NCBI RefSeq assembly: GCF_036365525.1
Contig: NC_090404.1
Coordinates: 9,362,001 to 9,426,000 of the forward strand
Direction of reading: 5' to 3'
Origin: Heterodontus francisci
Taxonomy: Eukaryota
DNA: 64,000 nucleotides
In this document: in pieces, positions 37,375 through 50,717 of the stretch
Layout of the letters: the number at the start of each line of letters is the position of its first letter
Numbering within the stretch: position 1 is the first letter of the stretch
Program-made: the position numbers and the translations under genes
The notes under the pieces: model-generated
What the model saw: the letters and a program-made list of their open reading frames with translations, nothing else
Database searches by the model: none
What the model was told of the DNA's origin: nothing

Positions 37375-37715
37375 AGCGAGCATCTGCAAATGGAGGAGAA
37401 ATGGGAGTTGGGCAGGGAACGTCTGTAAATGGAGGAGAAATGGGAGTTGGGCAGGGAGCATCTGTAAGTGGAGGAGAAATGGGAACTGGGCAGGGAGTGT
37501 CTGTAAATGGAGGAGAACTGGAGACTGGTCAGGGAGTGTCTATAAATGGAGGAGAACTGGAGACTGGTCAGGGAGTGTCTATAAATGGAGGAGAACTGGA
37601 GACTGGTCAGGGAGTGTCTATAAATGGAGGAGAACTGGAGACTGGTCAGGGAGTGTCTATAAATGGAGGAGAACTGGAGACTGGTCAGGGAGTGTCTATA
37701 AATGGAGGGGAAATT
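37375..37715. repeat. 39-bp tandem repeat
   Basis: About 9 copies of gggagtgtctataaatggaggagaactggagactggtca. Confidence 0.92.
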
Positions 37716-37729
37716 CAAAAACTTTGAAC

Positions 37730-38206
37730 TTCTATAGCAGTTTTCATGACCGTCGGACATCCGAAAGCACTTTACAGTCAATGAAGTAGTTTTCAAGTGT
37801 AGTTAATGTTGAAATGCCAGAAACACGTCAGCAAATTCGTGCACAGCAAGCTCCCACAAATGATAATGTGATAATGACCAGATAATCTGCTTTTGTGATG
37901 TTTATTGAGGGCTAAATATTGCCTTGGACACAGGGGATACCCAACCCCTCACCTCCCCTCCCCTCCCCTCCCCTCATCCCATCCCACACACACGCGCGCA
38001 CACATACACTCTTTTGAAATAGTGTTATTAGATCTTTAACATCAACCTTGGTTTGACATTTCATCTGAAAGATGGCACCTCCAACTGTGCAGAACTCGCT
38101 CAGCACTTGGAGTGTCAGCCTTGATTTTTATGCTCAAGCTTTGGAGTGAAACATGAATACAGATGCTTATGAGTCAGAGGCAACAGTGCTACCAACTGAG
38201 CCATGA
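37730..38206 (-). mobile_element. Deu-SINE (SacSINE1-like)
   Basis: Reverse complement is similar to 24885-25350 (tRNA head at ~38130-38206). Confidence 0.65.
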
Positions 38207-39459
38207 CTGACAACTGGGGACCAATCAGTGAGAATCTGCAAATGAAAGAGAAATGGGGCAGTTGTAAGTGACTTGGGGACAGTTTTTTCCAAGGTAGACA
38301 CAGAAGGAAGGGGAATGTGAGTGGTGAGGGATACAAGGAAGTGAACAGGAGTGGCGTGTGTTGAAGAGAATGAGAAGGGCGAGGTGATACTTGGGATTTT
38401 CTGCTTTACACTCATTTTCCTGTGTTTTTGTTAAAGAAAAGAAAAACTGATGTATTTGAATAAATGCCAAAGTGGCTGAAATAAGCACTGAAAATCATGA
38501 ACGTTAATACTCAACTGAGCCTGCAGTCATTTTACCTTTGTGTTTTTTCCCAATATTGGTTTCAGCATTCTGGATATCATTAGGTGTATAACAATGTGAC
38601 CTTCCGTGAGGACTGGAGGATAGTAACTGGAACTTGACTGAAATAATTGGACACAGATCAATGGCCTCAGTTGTACAGAATGAGGTTGCTTTAAAGGCAA
38701 TAATATTGCAGTTGTATCCAGCAGTAGTCGAACTGCCCTGTACACCACATTCAGGCCCAGAGATTCCTCAGCATTTTCAGAGAGACGTGCAGTCTGGGCA
38801 CAAACTATTTACGAAGCTTAAAACATTGTGCAGACTTGGATGGAAGTGAGATTGTGCTGACGAGAGGAAACTCCAGGCCAGAGTCTCAGACTGAACTCTT
38901 GAAATAAGCTGGGTATTTTTGTAACTCCATCACTGATGTCACTTCCAGCTTGCAATGTGAGAATCAGACTCTCTGAACTGAAATCAACTGTTTTTAATGT
39001 AAAATTTGCTTTTTTTGATTATTGGAGTGGTGTATAGTTGTAAAATGGTTACAATCAAATATCAAATTAATGCCAAAGTGACCAACTAGAAGTTAGAAGT
39101 GGTTTGTTAACAGAAAAGAGAGGAATTCTACAGGAGCCTCATCTGGGACCCTGGTGTTTGTACAATTCATTTGAAATAGAGAAATACAGAACAGGGGGCT
39201 TCTAGTTATCTGAAATTGACTGATTGGAGCAAACTTGAGTTAGAGGACCAGCATAAGGGGGATCATGGTCATCATGATCAAATGAATTATTATTTTTTTC
39301 AAATGCACACTGTGTCAGTCCTTAATTTCTCGAGATGTCCTGTTACCTACTGCTCCATTTATTGGGCCTTTTCTCCTTTCTAACTTTAGATTGTTTCAGT
39401 TCAGTTACTCTCATGGACAAATGCCAGCTCCCCATACTTTCCAGAGTACCTCTCCTCAT

Positions 39460-40140
39460 TTTGTGGTGACCAGAACTGGATGCAATACTCCAGTTGCGGC
39501 CGAACCAGAGCTTTGTAAAGGTTCAACATCACTTACCTGCTTTTGTTCTCAATGCCTCAATTTATGAAGTTCAAGATCCCATATGCTTTGCTAACTACTC
39601 AATATGTCCAGCCACCTTCAAAGATCGATGCACGTGCACCCCAGGTCCCTCTGTTCCTGCACACACTTTAGAGCCATAATGTCTATATTGTCTCACCCTA
39701 TTCCTTCTGCCAAATTGCATCACCTCACACCTGTCTGTATGCAATTCCATCTGTCCCACCACAGATGCTAAACTAACAGGCCTGTAGATGCTAGGACTGC
39801 CCTTACACCCTTCCTTGAATATATGTCACATATGCCACTCTCTAATCCTCTGGCACCTTCCCCATACTGAGGGAAGATTGGAAGATTATGGTAAGCCCTT
39901 CTGTTATCTCCTTCCCTCAATTCCTTTCGCAACCTGGAATGCAGGCCATCCAGACTAGAGGACGTATCTACCCTAAGCATCGTCAGCCTTTCCAATACTT
40001 CCTCTCAATTTTTACCCTATCCACTGCCTCCCTCCACTTCTACCGACATTTTGTCAGCATCCTCTTCTTTAGTCAACACTGATAGAAAGTACTCATTAAG
40101 TATTCTAGCCTTGCCCTGTGCCTCTAAGCATATATTATCC
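39460..40140 (-). mobile_element. CR1 LINE fragments
   Basis: gaccagaactggatgcaatactccag and related CR1 RT remnants. Confidence 0.65.
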
Positions 40141-40500
40141 TGGGACAAAGGCAAAGCATGTGTTGAAAGACAAAGCATTAGTCCAGACAGAGTGCTAATA
40201 GTGGAATAATGAGCAGCTCTGACTGCATGAGAAGCAGGTACGTTGCCTTTGTCCCAGGACAGCTTTATTATTTAATCTCCCTCTGCCCTATCAAAAACCT
40301 TCCCTTTTGTTCTCTCCCCCACTCCCCTCCCCTTGCTTAGAACCCAATACTTTTCTAACCTTTGCCAGTTCTGATGAAAGGTCACAGACCTGAAACGTTA
40401 ATTTTGCTTCTCTCTCCACAGATGCTGCCAGACCTGCTGAGTATTTCCAGCACTTTGTTCTGTTTCAGATTTCCAGCATCTGGAGTATTTCACTTTTATC
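40141..40500 (+). mobile_element. Penelope-derived terminal repeat with a minimal hammerhead motif
   Basis: agttCTGATGAaaggtcacagacctGAAACGTTaatt at 40367-40403, followed by the cagatgctgccagacctgctgag tail. Confidence 0.7.
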
Positions 40501-41519
40501 ATTCATGCCTAGACCTACACTGGCAGGTAAAACCCCAAACAGTTCCTTAGTAAGGATTCCTCTGGTTCCTCACCATATATTTGTCAGGATACTGAAACCC
40601 AGCTTTCGTACAGTCCACTCCTGGAAGCTCCACTCCCTGAGCCTACAACCTTCAGCAGGGTCAGTGGTGGAGCCCCACAGTGGGAATGATTCCAGAGTAT
40701 CTGTCAGGATCGCACCCGTGAATGTTCTGGGTCATGTATTTTTAGTTATTCTGGTGTCTAACACAGACACATCAATAAAGCAAGGACTGAAAACACAATG
40801 CAAGACCTTCTTCATCTGGGGAAAAAAAATGTTGTGTAATTGCCCAAGCAGTTAACAGGCTCCTGTGTCTATTTCAATGACAACTTTATTTATTTTAGCT
40901 AGGTTTATTTTAAATGAGTTAACAGCTGTATTAAAATGATAGACTCAAGACTGACACACAAACATGTTAATTCATCGTAGAATTACCAGTGGTTTTTAGA
41001 CTGGGAACTTAAACCGGACATTTCACTTTCAGTCAGGAACAGATCATAGTTTTACACCAATCTCTGATTTGACAACACGTTTCCAGCATTCACTGTTGTT
41101 CCTCCTGACTCTAAACACAGTTGTAAAGGAGCCTTCCATTCTGTACCCAGGAGCTCTGAACTATGGGAGAGCGCGGCTGGGACACATTTCTTACATTCCT
41201 CAGGATTAACCCACATGGGGACTTTATTCTCAGCAGAGAGATGAGAAAGACCAAAGTGCCGTTTGTCCCTCTCAGCATGACCCTGAAGGACTGTGTCCAG
41301 GCTGAAGTTCTGTTCCTGCCGTATGATCCTCCCCAGAGATTGTCCTTTCTGAGCTCCAGCCGGGTGATACTAAACACTCAGGTGGGAAAGATAAAAATCT
41401 ACAACAATGTGTTTAAAACAAAGCTGATTTATTTCAAGTCTATCCAGAATATTAATAACCACTCTAACTGGGCTGGAGGTTATCAGTAGAAACAGACCCC
41501 AACTATCAGAATACAAATA

Positions 41520-42545
41520 TAGAATATTTATAGCACAGGAAGCCATTCAGCCCATTGTATCTGTGCTGGCTGAAAAAGAGCTAGCCAGCCTAATCCCACT
41601 TTCCAGCTCTTGGTCTGCAGTCCTGTAGTTTACAGCACCGCAAGTGCATATCCAAGTGTTTTGTTAAAATGTAAGGGTTTCTGCCTCTACCACCTTTTCA
41701 GGCAGTGAGTTCCAGACTGCCACCACCCTCTGGGTGAAATGATTTCTCCACTCCCCCCTAATCCTTCTGCCAATTACTTGAAAACTATGTCACCTGATTA
41801 TTAATTCCTCCGCTAATGGAAACAGGTCCTTCCTATCCAATCTTTCATCATAGTGAAAATTCTCCATCCCTGGCACATCTTCATAAATCTCCTCTGTATC
41901 CTCTCTGATGCCATCACACCTTTCCTGTAATGCGGTGACCAGAACTGTACACAGTACTCTAGCTGTTATTTAACTAGTGTTTTATTCAGGTCTAGCATAA
42001 CCTCCCTGCTCTTGTAATAAAAACAGAAAATGTAGGAAATATTCAGCAGGTCTGGCAGCATCTGTGGAGAGAGAAGCAGAGTTAATGTTTCAGGTCTGTG
42101 ACCATTCATCAATAGAAAATGCTGGAAATACTCGTTGCTCTTATATTCTATGCCTTGGCTAATATAAGAAAGTATCCCATATGCCTTCTTAAGTAACTCA
42201 TTTACCTGTCCAGCTACATTCATGGATCTGTGGACATGCACTTCAAGAACCCTCTGTTCCTCTACACTTTTCAGGATCCGCCCACTCGTTGTGTATTCCC
42301 TTGCCTCGTTACCTCACACTTCGAATTCCATTTGCCTCTTTTCTGCCCACCTGACCAGTCCATTGATATCTACATGCAGTCTACAGCTATCTTTTTCATT
42401 ATCAACCACACGACCAATTTTTGTATCATCTGCAAACTTCTTAATCATGGCTCCTACATTTAAGTCTAACTCATTGATATATACCACGAAAAGCAAGCAG
42501 CCTACTGCTGAGCCCAGTGGAAACCCAATTGGAAACAGGTTTCCA
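41520..42545 (-). mobile_element. CR1 LINE fragment with a nested Penelope-derived insert (~42015-42135)
   Basis: KFADDTKIGRVVD RT motif (42314-42496) and CR1 3' sequences. Confidence 0.75.
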
Positions 42546-42652
42546 GTCAGGATTCATTTCTGGGTGTGATTAACAGCAGCAAGAGCAGAATCCAATCCCT
42601 GCAGTCACTCACTAACTTACTGGTATGTCACCAGGTTGGTTGACTGAGTGAG

Positions 42653-44046
42653 TCACTTCGCACAAATGGAGGTGAACGGCCTCTCCCCAGTGTGAACTCG
42701 CTGGTGTATCAGAAGCTCGGTTGAATCAGTGAATTCCTGACCACACTCACAGCAGGTGAATGGTCTCTCCCCAGCATGAATACGTTGGTGTTTCAGCAGA
42801 TCCTTTTTGCTTTTAAATCTCTTCTCACAGTCAGAACATTTTAAAGGTCTCTCATCAGAGTGAACCTGCTGGTGTGTCAGCAGGGTGGATGAATGAGTGA
42901 ATCCCTTCCCACACTCACAGCAGGTGAACGGCCTCTCCCCAGTGTGAGTGCGTTGGTGGTTGAGTAAATTTTTTGTGCTTTTGAAGCTCTTCCCACAGTC
43001 AGAACATTGAAAGGGTCTCTCATCAGAGTGAACCCGCTGGTGTGTCCGGAGATTTGATAAAACATTAAACGCCTTCCCACATTCAAGGCAGATGAAAGGC
43101 CTCTCTCCAGTGTGAACTTGCTGATGTGTATAGAGGCTGGACGAATGAGTGAATCCCTTCCCACACACAGAGCAGGTAAACGGCCTCTCCCCAGTGTGAG
43201 TGCGTTGATGGTTCAGTAAATCCTTTTTACTTTTAAAGCTCTTCTCACAAACAGAACATTGAAAAGGTCTGTTATCAGAGTGAACAAGTTGGTGTCTCAG
43301 GAGGTGGGATGACTGTGTGAATCCCTTCCCGCACACGGAGCAGATAAACGGCCTCTCCCCAGTGTGAGTGCGTTGGTGTGCCAGTAGATCCTTTGTGCTT
43401 TTAAAGCTCTTCTCACAATCAGAACATTTGAACGGTCTCTTATCAGAGTGAACCCGCTTGTGTTTCTGGAGAGTTGATAAAGCATTAAATCCCTTCCCGC
43501 ATTCAAGGCAGATGAATGGCCTCTCTCCAGTATGAATTCTCTGGTGTGTATACAGACTGGACGACTGAGTGAATTCCTTCCCACACATGGAGCAGGTGAA
43601 TGGCCTCTCTCCAGTGTGACTGCGTCGATGAGTTTCCAGTTCAGATGGGTAATTGAATCCCTTTCCACAATCCCCACATTTCCATGGTTTCTCCGTGGTG
43701 CAGGTGTCCTTGTCTCTCTCCAGGTTGGATGATCAGTTGAAGCCTTGTCCACACACAGTACAAGTGTACGGTTTCTCCCCACTGTGAATGGTGCAGTGTT
43801 TTGTCAGGCTGTGTAAATGGTTAAAGCTCAGTCAGTACTCTGGAACACTCTCACTCGGGTGTGTATCTCGGTGCTTTTTCAGTCACACTGATGTTTGAAA
43901 TATTTTCCCGCAGACAGAACAGACAAACATTTCTCCTTCCACATTCAAAGGCTCCTGATATTCAGGTCCTGATAAACTGAGTGACTGTCCAATATTGATG
44001 TGATGTTTGGTTTGAGCTTCCTGTCTGAAAATTCTCTCCTAATCGC
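42653..44046 (-). CDS. C2H2 zinc-finger gene or pseudogene (~12 fingers), paralog of 32022-33467
   Basis: Tandem C2H2 fingers with TGERPF linkers; the MEKPWKC start is ACG here, with an in-frame TGA upstream; acceptor at 44047-44048. Confidence 0.8.
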
Positions 44047-45094
44047 CTGTAAAAGGAATTTACACAGAATTACACAGAATATACAGCTTCGAAACAGGCC
44101 ATTCGGCCCAACTAGTCTGTGCCAGTGTTTATACCCCACATGCGTCTCCTCCCAATCCATCTACCTCATCATAGTCTTTCAGTACATTGATCTACTCCCT
44201 TTGCTCTGATGTTCTCGTCTAGTTTCCTTTCGAGAAATCCAAGCCAGGGGTGTCAAACCTTTTCACGTGGGGGGGGGGGGGGGGGGGGCAACTTTTAAAA
44301 GCCCACCGGCAAACCCCACATCTGTCCAAAGTTTGGAAACTGCTGTTCCTGCTCTGTGTGCCTGTTAGCTATGGGAAGAAGTGTTAACGAGCAATAGGTA
44401 AAGATCTTAACTCAGAAATTCCAATTCAGCTGTGAAACTGACAGTGCAATTTGTTTTAAAGCCAGTCTGCTCGGAAAGAAACCAGTGGGAAATTTCTCAC
44501 CCTGAAATTATCAGTGACGGACCTCAAAACTGTTTTTTAACCACAGGCAAGGATGAGAAACGGCTGCATACAGTTTACATCCATGGGCCGGATGGATACC
44601 TTTGGTGAGCCAGATCCTGGCCTGTGGGCCATATACTGGACAATCCTGATCTAAGCCATTTGCCTCAACCAGATCTTGTGATACGGAGTTCCACATTCTA
44701 CCCACTCTGAGTAAAGGGACCGTGTCTGTTATATTTAAACTTGTATTTATTGCCCCTAAGGTTGGATTCTCCCACAAGTGGAAACAAACATTCTTTCCAC
44801 GTAGACCCTGTCGAACCCATTCATAATTTTAAAGACGTCTATCAGGTCACCTCTAAGTCCTGCCCTTTCAAAAGAAAAAAGCCCCAACCTGTTTAATCTT
44901 TCTCAATAACTAATTATCAGTTTGCCAAAGCAATCACTGCTAGTCCAGGATAGAAATTCAGAAGAGACAAACATTTCACTTGGTTTGAGTTTGCTGTATG
45001 TAAATCTTCCCCTCCTAAGCTCCTGTAAAAGCAGTTTACGAAAACCATCACTGTCTACAATAGAAATTCACATTCCTCCTGCTTCCTTGCCCAG

Positions 45095-45335
45095 GATAAC
45101 TGCGCATGCGCCCTACCGCCCTATAAAAACGGCGGCTGTTAACCCCGGGACTGTCACCAGGAGAAGCCTCACAGCTGTCTCCCCACTCGGTGCGTTTGCT
45201 TCTTATTCGGGGTTTGAGGCCTACACCAGGTGTTTACAAAGCCTCCCCGCCCACCTGCCGACTCAATTCCCCTCCTGCGCTTCTGACTCGCTGCGGATCC
45301 GACACAATGAATTCCTTCCTGCTCCAGCACTGTGC
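45095..45335 (-). promoter_or_regulatory. ZNF promoter-like module (NRF1)
   Basis: TGCGCATGCGC at 45101-45111 in sequence paralogous to the 33800 and 53460 modules. Confidence 0.5.
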
Positions 45336-45339
45336 ATGC

Positions 45340-48060
45340 TCATGCTCCTGTCACAGCCAGCACGGTGCCTTTCATAAATCCAGGTTGACTCTGCCCAATC
45401 ATATTATTTTCTAAGTGTCTCATTATCATATCCTTTAGAATAGAGAAAATGTTAGAATCTACTACTGATATCAAACTAATAGGTCTGTAGTGCCCCATTT
45501 TCTCTCCCCCTCCTTTCTGGGGGATTACATTTGCTACTTTACAGACTGCAGGAACCCTTCCAGAATCCATCAAATTTTGAAAGATAATCACCAATGCACC
45601 CACTATATCCCTATAGCCACCTCATTTAACACTCTGGGATGTCGCTCATCTGGTCCAGGGGATTTATCAACCTTCAATTCAGTTAATTATTCGATCAGTC
45701 CCTCATTTTCACAAGTGCTTTGGTTCCCTAGTATTTCTGGGAGAATTTTGGTAACTTCCTCCGTGAAGACAGACAAAGTAATTGTTTAGTTTCTCCGCTA
45801 TTTCCCTATCCTCCATTATAAATTCTCCTGTCTCCGCCTGTAATGGACCCACATTTGTCCTTACTGATCTTTTCCTTTTCACATATCTAAAGAAGCTTTT
45901 ACAGTCCACCTTTATGCTACTCGCTAGCTTGTATTCACATTCTCCTTTCCCTTCTTTATCAGTTTCTTGGTCATCCTTTGCTGGATTCTAAATTGCTCCC
46001 AATCCTCAGGCTTAACACTTTTTCTGGCAACTTTATAAGCCACTTCCTTTGATCTAATGTAATGTTTAACTTCTTCTGTTAGCCACAGTTGATTCATCTT
46101 TCCCGTTGGGTTTTTGTGTTTTCGAGGAATGGTTATTTGTTGTAGACCATGTCATAATACTTTAAATATTAGCCTATGGCTGTCTGTCAAATCTTTTGGT
46201 GTATTTTCCCAATCCACCATAGCCAACTTACCTCTCATACCTTCAGTTTCTTTTGTTCAGATTTAAGACCCAAGTTTCAGAATGAATTACATCACTTTCA
46301 AATTTAATGTAAAATTCTATAATATTATGGTCACTATTTCCTAAATGCTCCTTTACAGCAAGGTTATTAATTCGCACTTTCTCGTTATATAATACGAAAT
46401 CTGAACTAGCCCGATCCAGAGTTGGTTCTTCAACATTCTGCTCCTGAAAACCATCTCGTACACACTCCAGTAATTCATCCTCCACAGCATTAGTGTTGAT
46501 TAGGTTAACCCAGTCTATATGTAAACTGAAGATGCCCATTATTACTTTATTACCCATGTTACATACACCTCTAATTTCCAGATTTATACCATGCCCAACA
46601 TTACCACTACAGTTTGGTGGCCTATAAACAATTCCCACCAATGTTTGCTGCCCCTTGCTGTTTCTTAGCTTCACCCAAACTGATTCTACATCTTGATCCT
46701 GCGATCCTCTCACAAATGTATTGATCGTGTCCCTAATTAAAAACATTACCCCACGCCCTTGTCCTTTTTTCCTATCTTTCCTAAATGACGATTATCCTTG
46801 ACTATTCAGTTCCCAGTCTTGGTCACCGTGTAAACATGTCTCTGTAATGGCAATTTAATCATACCAGTTCACCTCGATTTGTGTTTTCAAATCATTTACC
46901 TTCTTGCATTCAGAGTGCCCTTAACTTTGTCTTTTTAACATATTCTGCATTCTGATCCTATTTGATGCTTGCCTTCACTTCGTCTGACTTCTAATTTTGC
47001 TTACTACTTCCTGTTAGCAGTTTTGCTTCCCGCCAATCTCCCCTTCCTACCCCACACTCAGATTATCAATTCCCTTATTGCTACGTTGCTCTCTTGCCTT
47101 CTCCTCTCTCTCTCTCTAAATGATCACATCTTCCCTCACTCGATTCCTCGCTCCCACTATTTAGTTTAAAGCCCTCTCCACCGCCCTAGTTACACGACTC
47201 GCCAGAACACTGGCCCCAGCACGTTTTAGGTGAAGACCATCCCAATGGTACAACTTCCACTTTCCCCAGTACTGATGCCAGTGCCCCATGAATGGAAACC
47301 CACATCTCCCACAACTCTCTAATCTTATCCACCCTATTTCAATATGCTCGTGGCTCAGGTAATAATCCAGAGATTATTACCTTGAAGGTTCTTTTTAATT
47401 TAGCCCCTAATTGCTTATATCCCAGCTCAGAACATCTTTCCTAGTCCTATCTATGTCATTGGTCCCCACATGGACCACAACTGGATCCTCCCTCTCCAAG
47501 TTCCTCTCCAGCCCTGAGCAGATGTCCTGAACCCTGGCACCAGGCAGGCAACACAGCCTTCTCACACTTCGTTGCAGAGAACAGTGTCTATCCCCCAACT
47601 ATACTGTCCCCTACTACCACTACATTCCTATTTACCCCTGCTTGAATGGCTTCCTGTACCACGGTGCCATGGTCAGTTTGCTCATCCACCCTGTAGCCCT
47701 CACTCTCACCCATATAAGCTGAAAGAACCTCAAATCTGTTGGACAATTGCAAGGGCTGAGGCTGCTCTACTTCTGCCTTCTCTATCCCCTTCGCTGCTTC
47801 AATCGCAGTGATACCCTCCTGTCCCTGTTCAAATCAGAACTCCCTATCCCAAGGGGTGTGACTGCCTTCTGGAACAAAGTGTCCCAGTAACTTTCCCTCT
47901 CCCTGATGCATCACAGTGGCTGTAGCTCAGCCTCCAGCTCACTGACTTTGAGGCGAAGCTCCTCGAGCCGCAGACATGTTTGCCATGGATCACACTGGCG
48001 TCCACCAGCTCCCACATACTGCAGCCACAACACATCACCTGCCCTGTCATCTTTATAATT
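45340..48060 (-). mobile_element. CR1 LINE 5' portion (ORF1 zinc finger and SGNH esterase, ORF2 endonuclease)
   Basis: MCCGCSMWE...HVC; CLPGARVQDI...VVVHVGTNDI; VGIVYRPPN...LGNSDHNII. Confidence 0.8.
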
Positions 48061-48509
48061 TAATTTTTTTTTTTAAATTTATAATTAATAAACTCCACAA
48101 TACTAAGCCCCACTACGAGTAAGCTTTAATACGGCTGTTAACCCTTCCTACAACTAATGAAACTGTAATAATTTACCTCGGTCTCAGAAGATTCTTAGGT
48201 TTATTATTCAAATTGATGCTAGATTGATTAAATTAAAATTCCCTAGTTTAGATAAGAGAAAATGATCACAACCAATCACTTGTCTTCCATGTTGAAAAGT
48301 CATTGTCAATTCCTCTTTCCTCTGCACCGAATTCCCACCTGAACCAAATTCCCACTTTCACACCTTGACTATATACCACTCTGGTGAAGTCTCCACTCCG
48401 TGTGCCCGAGCGATAACCATTATTAGTGACAGTGGCTATATTTCAGTCAGCATAAGTAAGACTTGACACATGTCAATGTCTGAGCAGTACTATCAAAGTA
48501 CAACAGCAT

Positions 48510-49905
48510 TAGAATCATTGAAAGCTAAAGGCACAGAAAAAGAGGCCACTTGGCGCATCGTGTCTGTGCCATCCGAAGAACGATCCACCTATTCTAATCC
48601 CACCTTCCAGCATTTGGTCCACAGCCCTGCAACTTACGGCACTGGAGGTGCATATCCCAACTCCTTTTGAATGAGTTGAGAGTCTCTGCCTCAACTACCC
48701 TTTCAGGCAGTGAGTTCCAGACCACCCTCCGGATGAAAATGTTTTTCCTCATCTCCCCTCTAATTTTTCTACCAATCACTTTAAATCTATGTCCCCTCAT
48801 CACTGACCTCTCTGCTAAGGTGAATAGACCCTTCACCTCCACTCTATCCAGGCCCCTCAAAACTTTGTACATTTCAATCAGATCTCCCTTCAGCCATCTC
48901 TGTTCAAAGAACAACCCCAGCTTATCCAATCTGTTCTCATAGCTGCATTTTTCCAATCCTGGCAACATCCTCGTAAATCTCCTCTGTACCCTCTCGAGTG
49001 CAATTACATCCTTTCTGTAATGAGGTGAGCAGAACTGCACACAGTACTCAAGTTGTGGCCTAACCAGTGAGTTATACAGTTCCAGCATAACCTCCCTGCT
49101 CTTGTATTCTATACCTCAGCTAATAAAGGAAAAGATTCCATATGCCTTCTTAACCACCTTATTGACATGTCCTGCTACCTTCAGGAATCCGTGGGCATTC
49201 ACTCCAAGGTCCCTGACTTCTTCTCATCTCTCAGTATTTTCCCCATTAATTGTGTATTCCTTTGCCTTGTTTGACCTTCCCAAATATATCACCTCACACT
49301 TCTCCAAGTTGAATTCCATTTGCCACTTTTCTGTCCATCTGACCAGACTATCAATATCTTCCTGCAGCCTACAGCTATCCTCCTCGCAATCCACCACATG
49401 GCCAATCTCTGTGTTGTCTGCAAACTTCTTGATCATGCCTCCCTACATTAACATCCAAATCGTTAATATAGACCACAAAAAGCAGGGGACCCAGTAGAAC
49501 ACCACTGGAAACAGCCCTCCAGTCGCTAAAACAGCCGTCAACAATTACCCTTTGTTTCCAGCCACTGAGCCAATTTTGTATCCACCTTGCTGCATTTCCC
49601 TGGATCCTATGGGATTTTATTTTTTAAACAGTCTGCCATGTGGGACCTTGTCAAAAGCCTTGCTATAATCCATGTAGACCACATCAACTGCACTACCCTC
49701 ATCTATCTTCCTTGTTACTTCTTCAAAGAATACGATCAAGTTCGTCAAACAAGATCTTCCCTTAACAAATCCATGCTGACTATCCTTGATTAATCTAGGG
49801 TCCAAGTGACAGTTTATCCAGTCTCTCAGAATAGATTTCAATAATTTGCCCACTACTGAGGTTAGACTGACTGGCCTGAATTATTCAGTCTATCCTTCGC
49901 TCCCT
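48510..49905 (-). mobile_element. CR1 LINE RT/3' fragment
   Basis: [52 protein letters not shown]. Confidence 0.88.
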
Positions 49906-49909
49906 TTAC

Positions 49910-50480
49910 CATTACGCGCTGGGTATAAGTGCAATCTCCACGTATCCCACTCCCTGGCCCTGCCCCAAGTACCGTTGCATCAGTCAATTCAACACATAAA
50001 AACTTTATTTCTGTGCTCGGGGAATTTCCTCTTATACTTTCTTCACACAGCAAAGCTAAAGAAGACAGATTAATCCAATCATCACCTCGGTATTATTTAA
50101 ACAGCCCAATTACAAAAGATGTCACTGAACCATCTGCCCGTCCAAACCAGGTCAAACTCTCACGATCGTTGGCTTCCCACATTCCGACACCCATCAGCTC
50201 GTAACTACTACAATGCCAGTGCCTGGGCAAAACAAGGAGAACATGGTGCCCCTGGCACCCCGGTGTCTTGTCTAGGATTCTATTGCTTTCTCTGCCCTCT
50301 GTCAGGACCTCTGGAATTCTGCGAGGGTGTTTATCATTAATTCTTACAAAGCAGGCTGTCTGTTTTCATGCTCTGCTGGATTTCTGCTGAACTTTTACCT
50401 TTTGACCATTTGGTCAATGAAGGTCCAAACCAAATGAAGGTCCCATCATGTCACCTCTTAGCCGTTTTTACCCATAGAGT
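49910..50480 (-). mobile_element. Possible LTR remnant
   Basis: Minus-strand TATA-like (50091-50101) and AATAAA (50004-50009) at LTR-like spacing; no clear TG/CA ends or TSD found. Confidence 0.25.
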
Positions 50481-50717
50481 ATCAGAAAAACGATTCAATA
50501 TATAATTCAGTATAAGATTCAGTATAACAATGAAATTAAAGAAATGTACAATCATAGATTTTAAGAGAGTTTCATTAATTAGCAAGAAAACCTAATGTAG
50601 GGATTTCTGAGGATTCTTACAAAATGATGAAACACAGCTCCACACGGTCTGCAGGAATTCCTTCCCACAGTGTGCAGTGACATTCAAACACAGCTCCAGC
50701 AAACCACAGCAAACACA

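Noticed and set aside
36255-37796. Repeat-protein ORFs or CRISPR-like arrays in the 68-bp and 39-bp repeats
   Set aside because: Plain tandem repeats with no unique spacers and no cas genes, in a vertebrate context.
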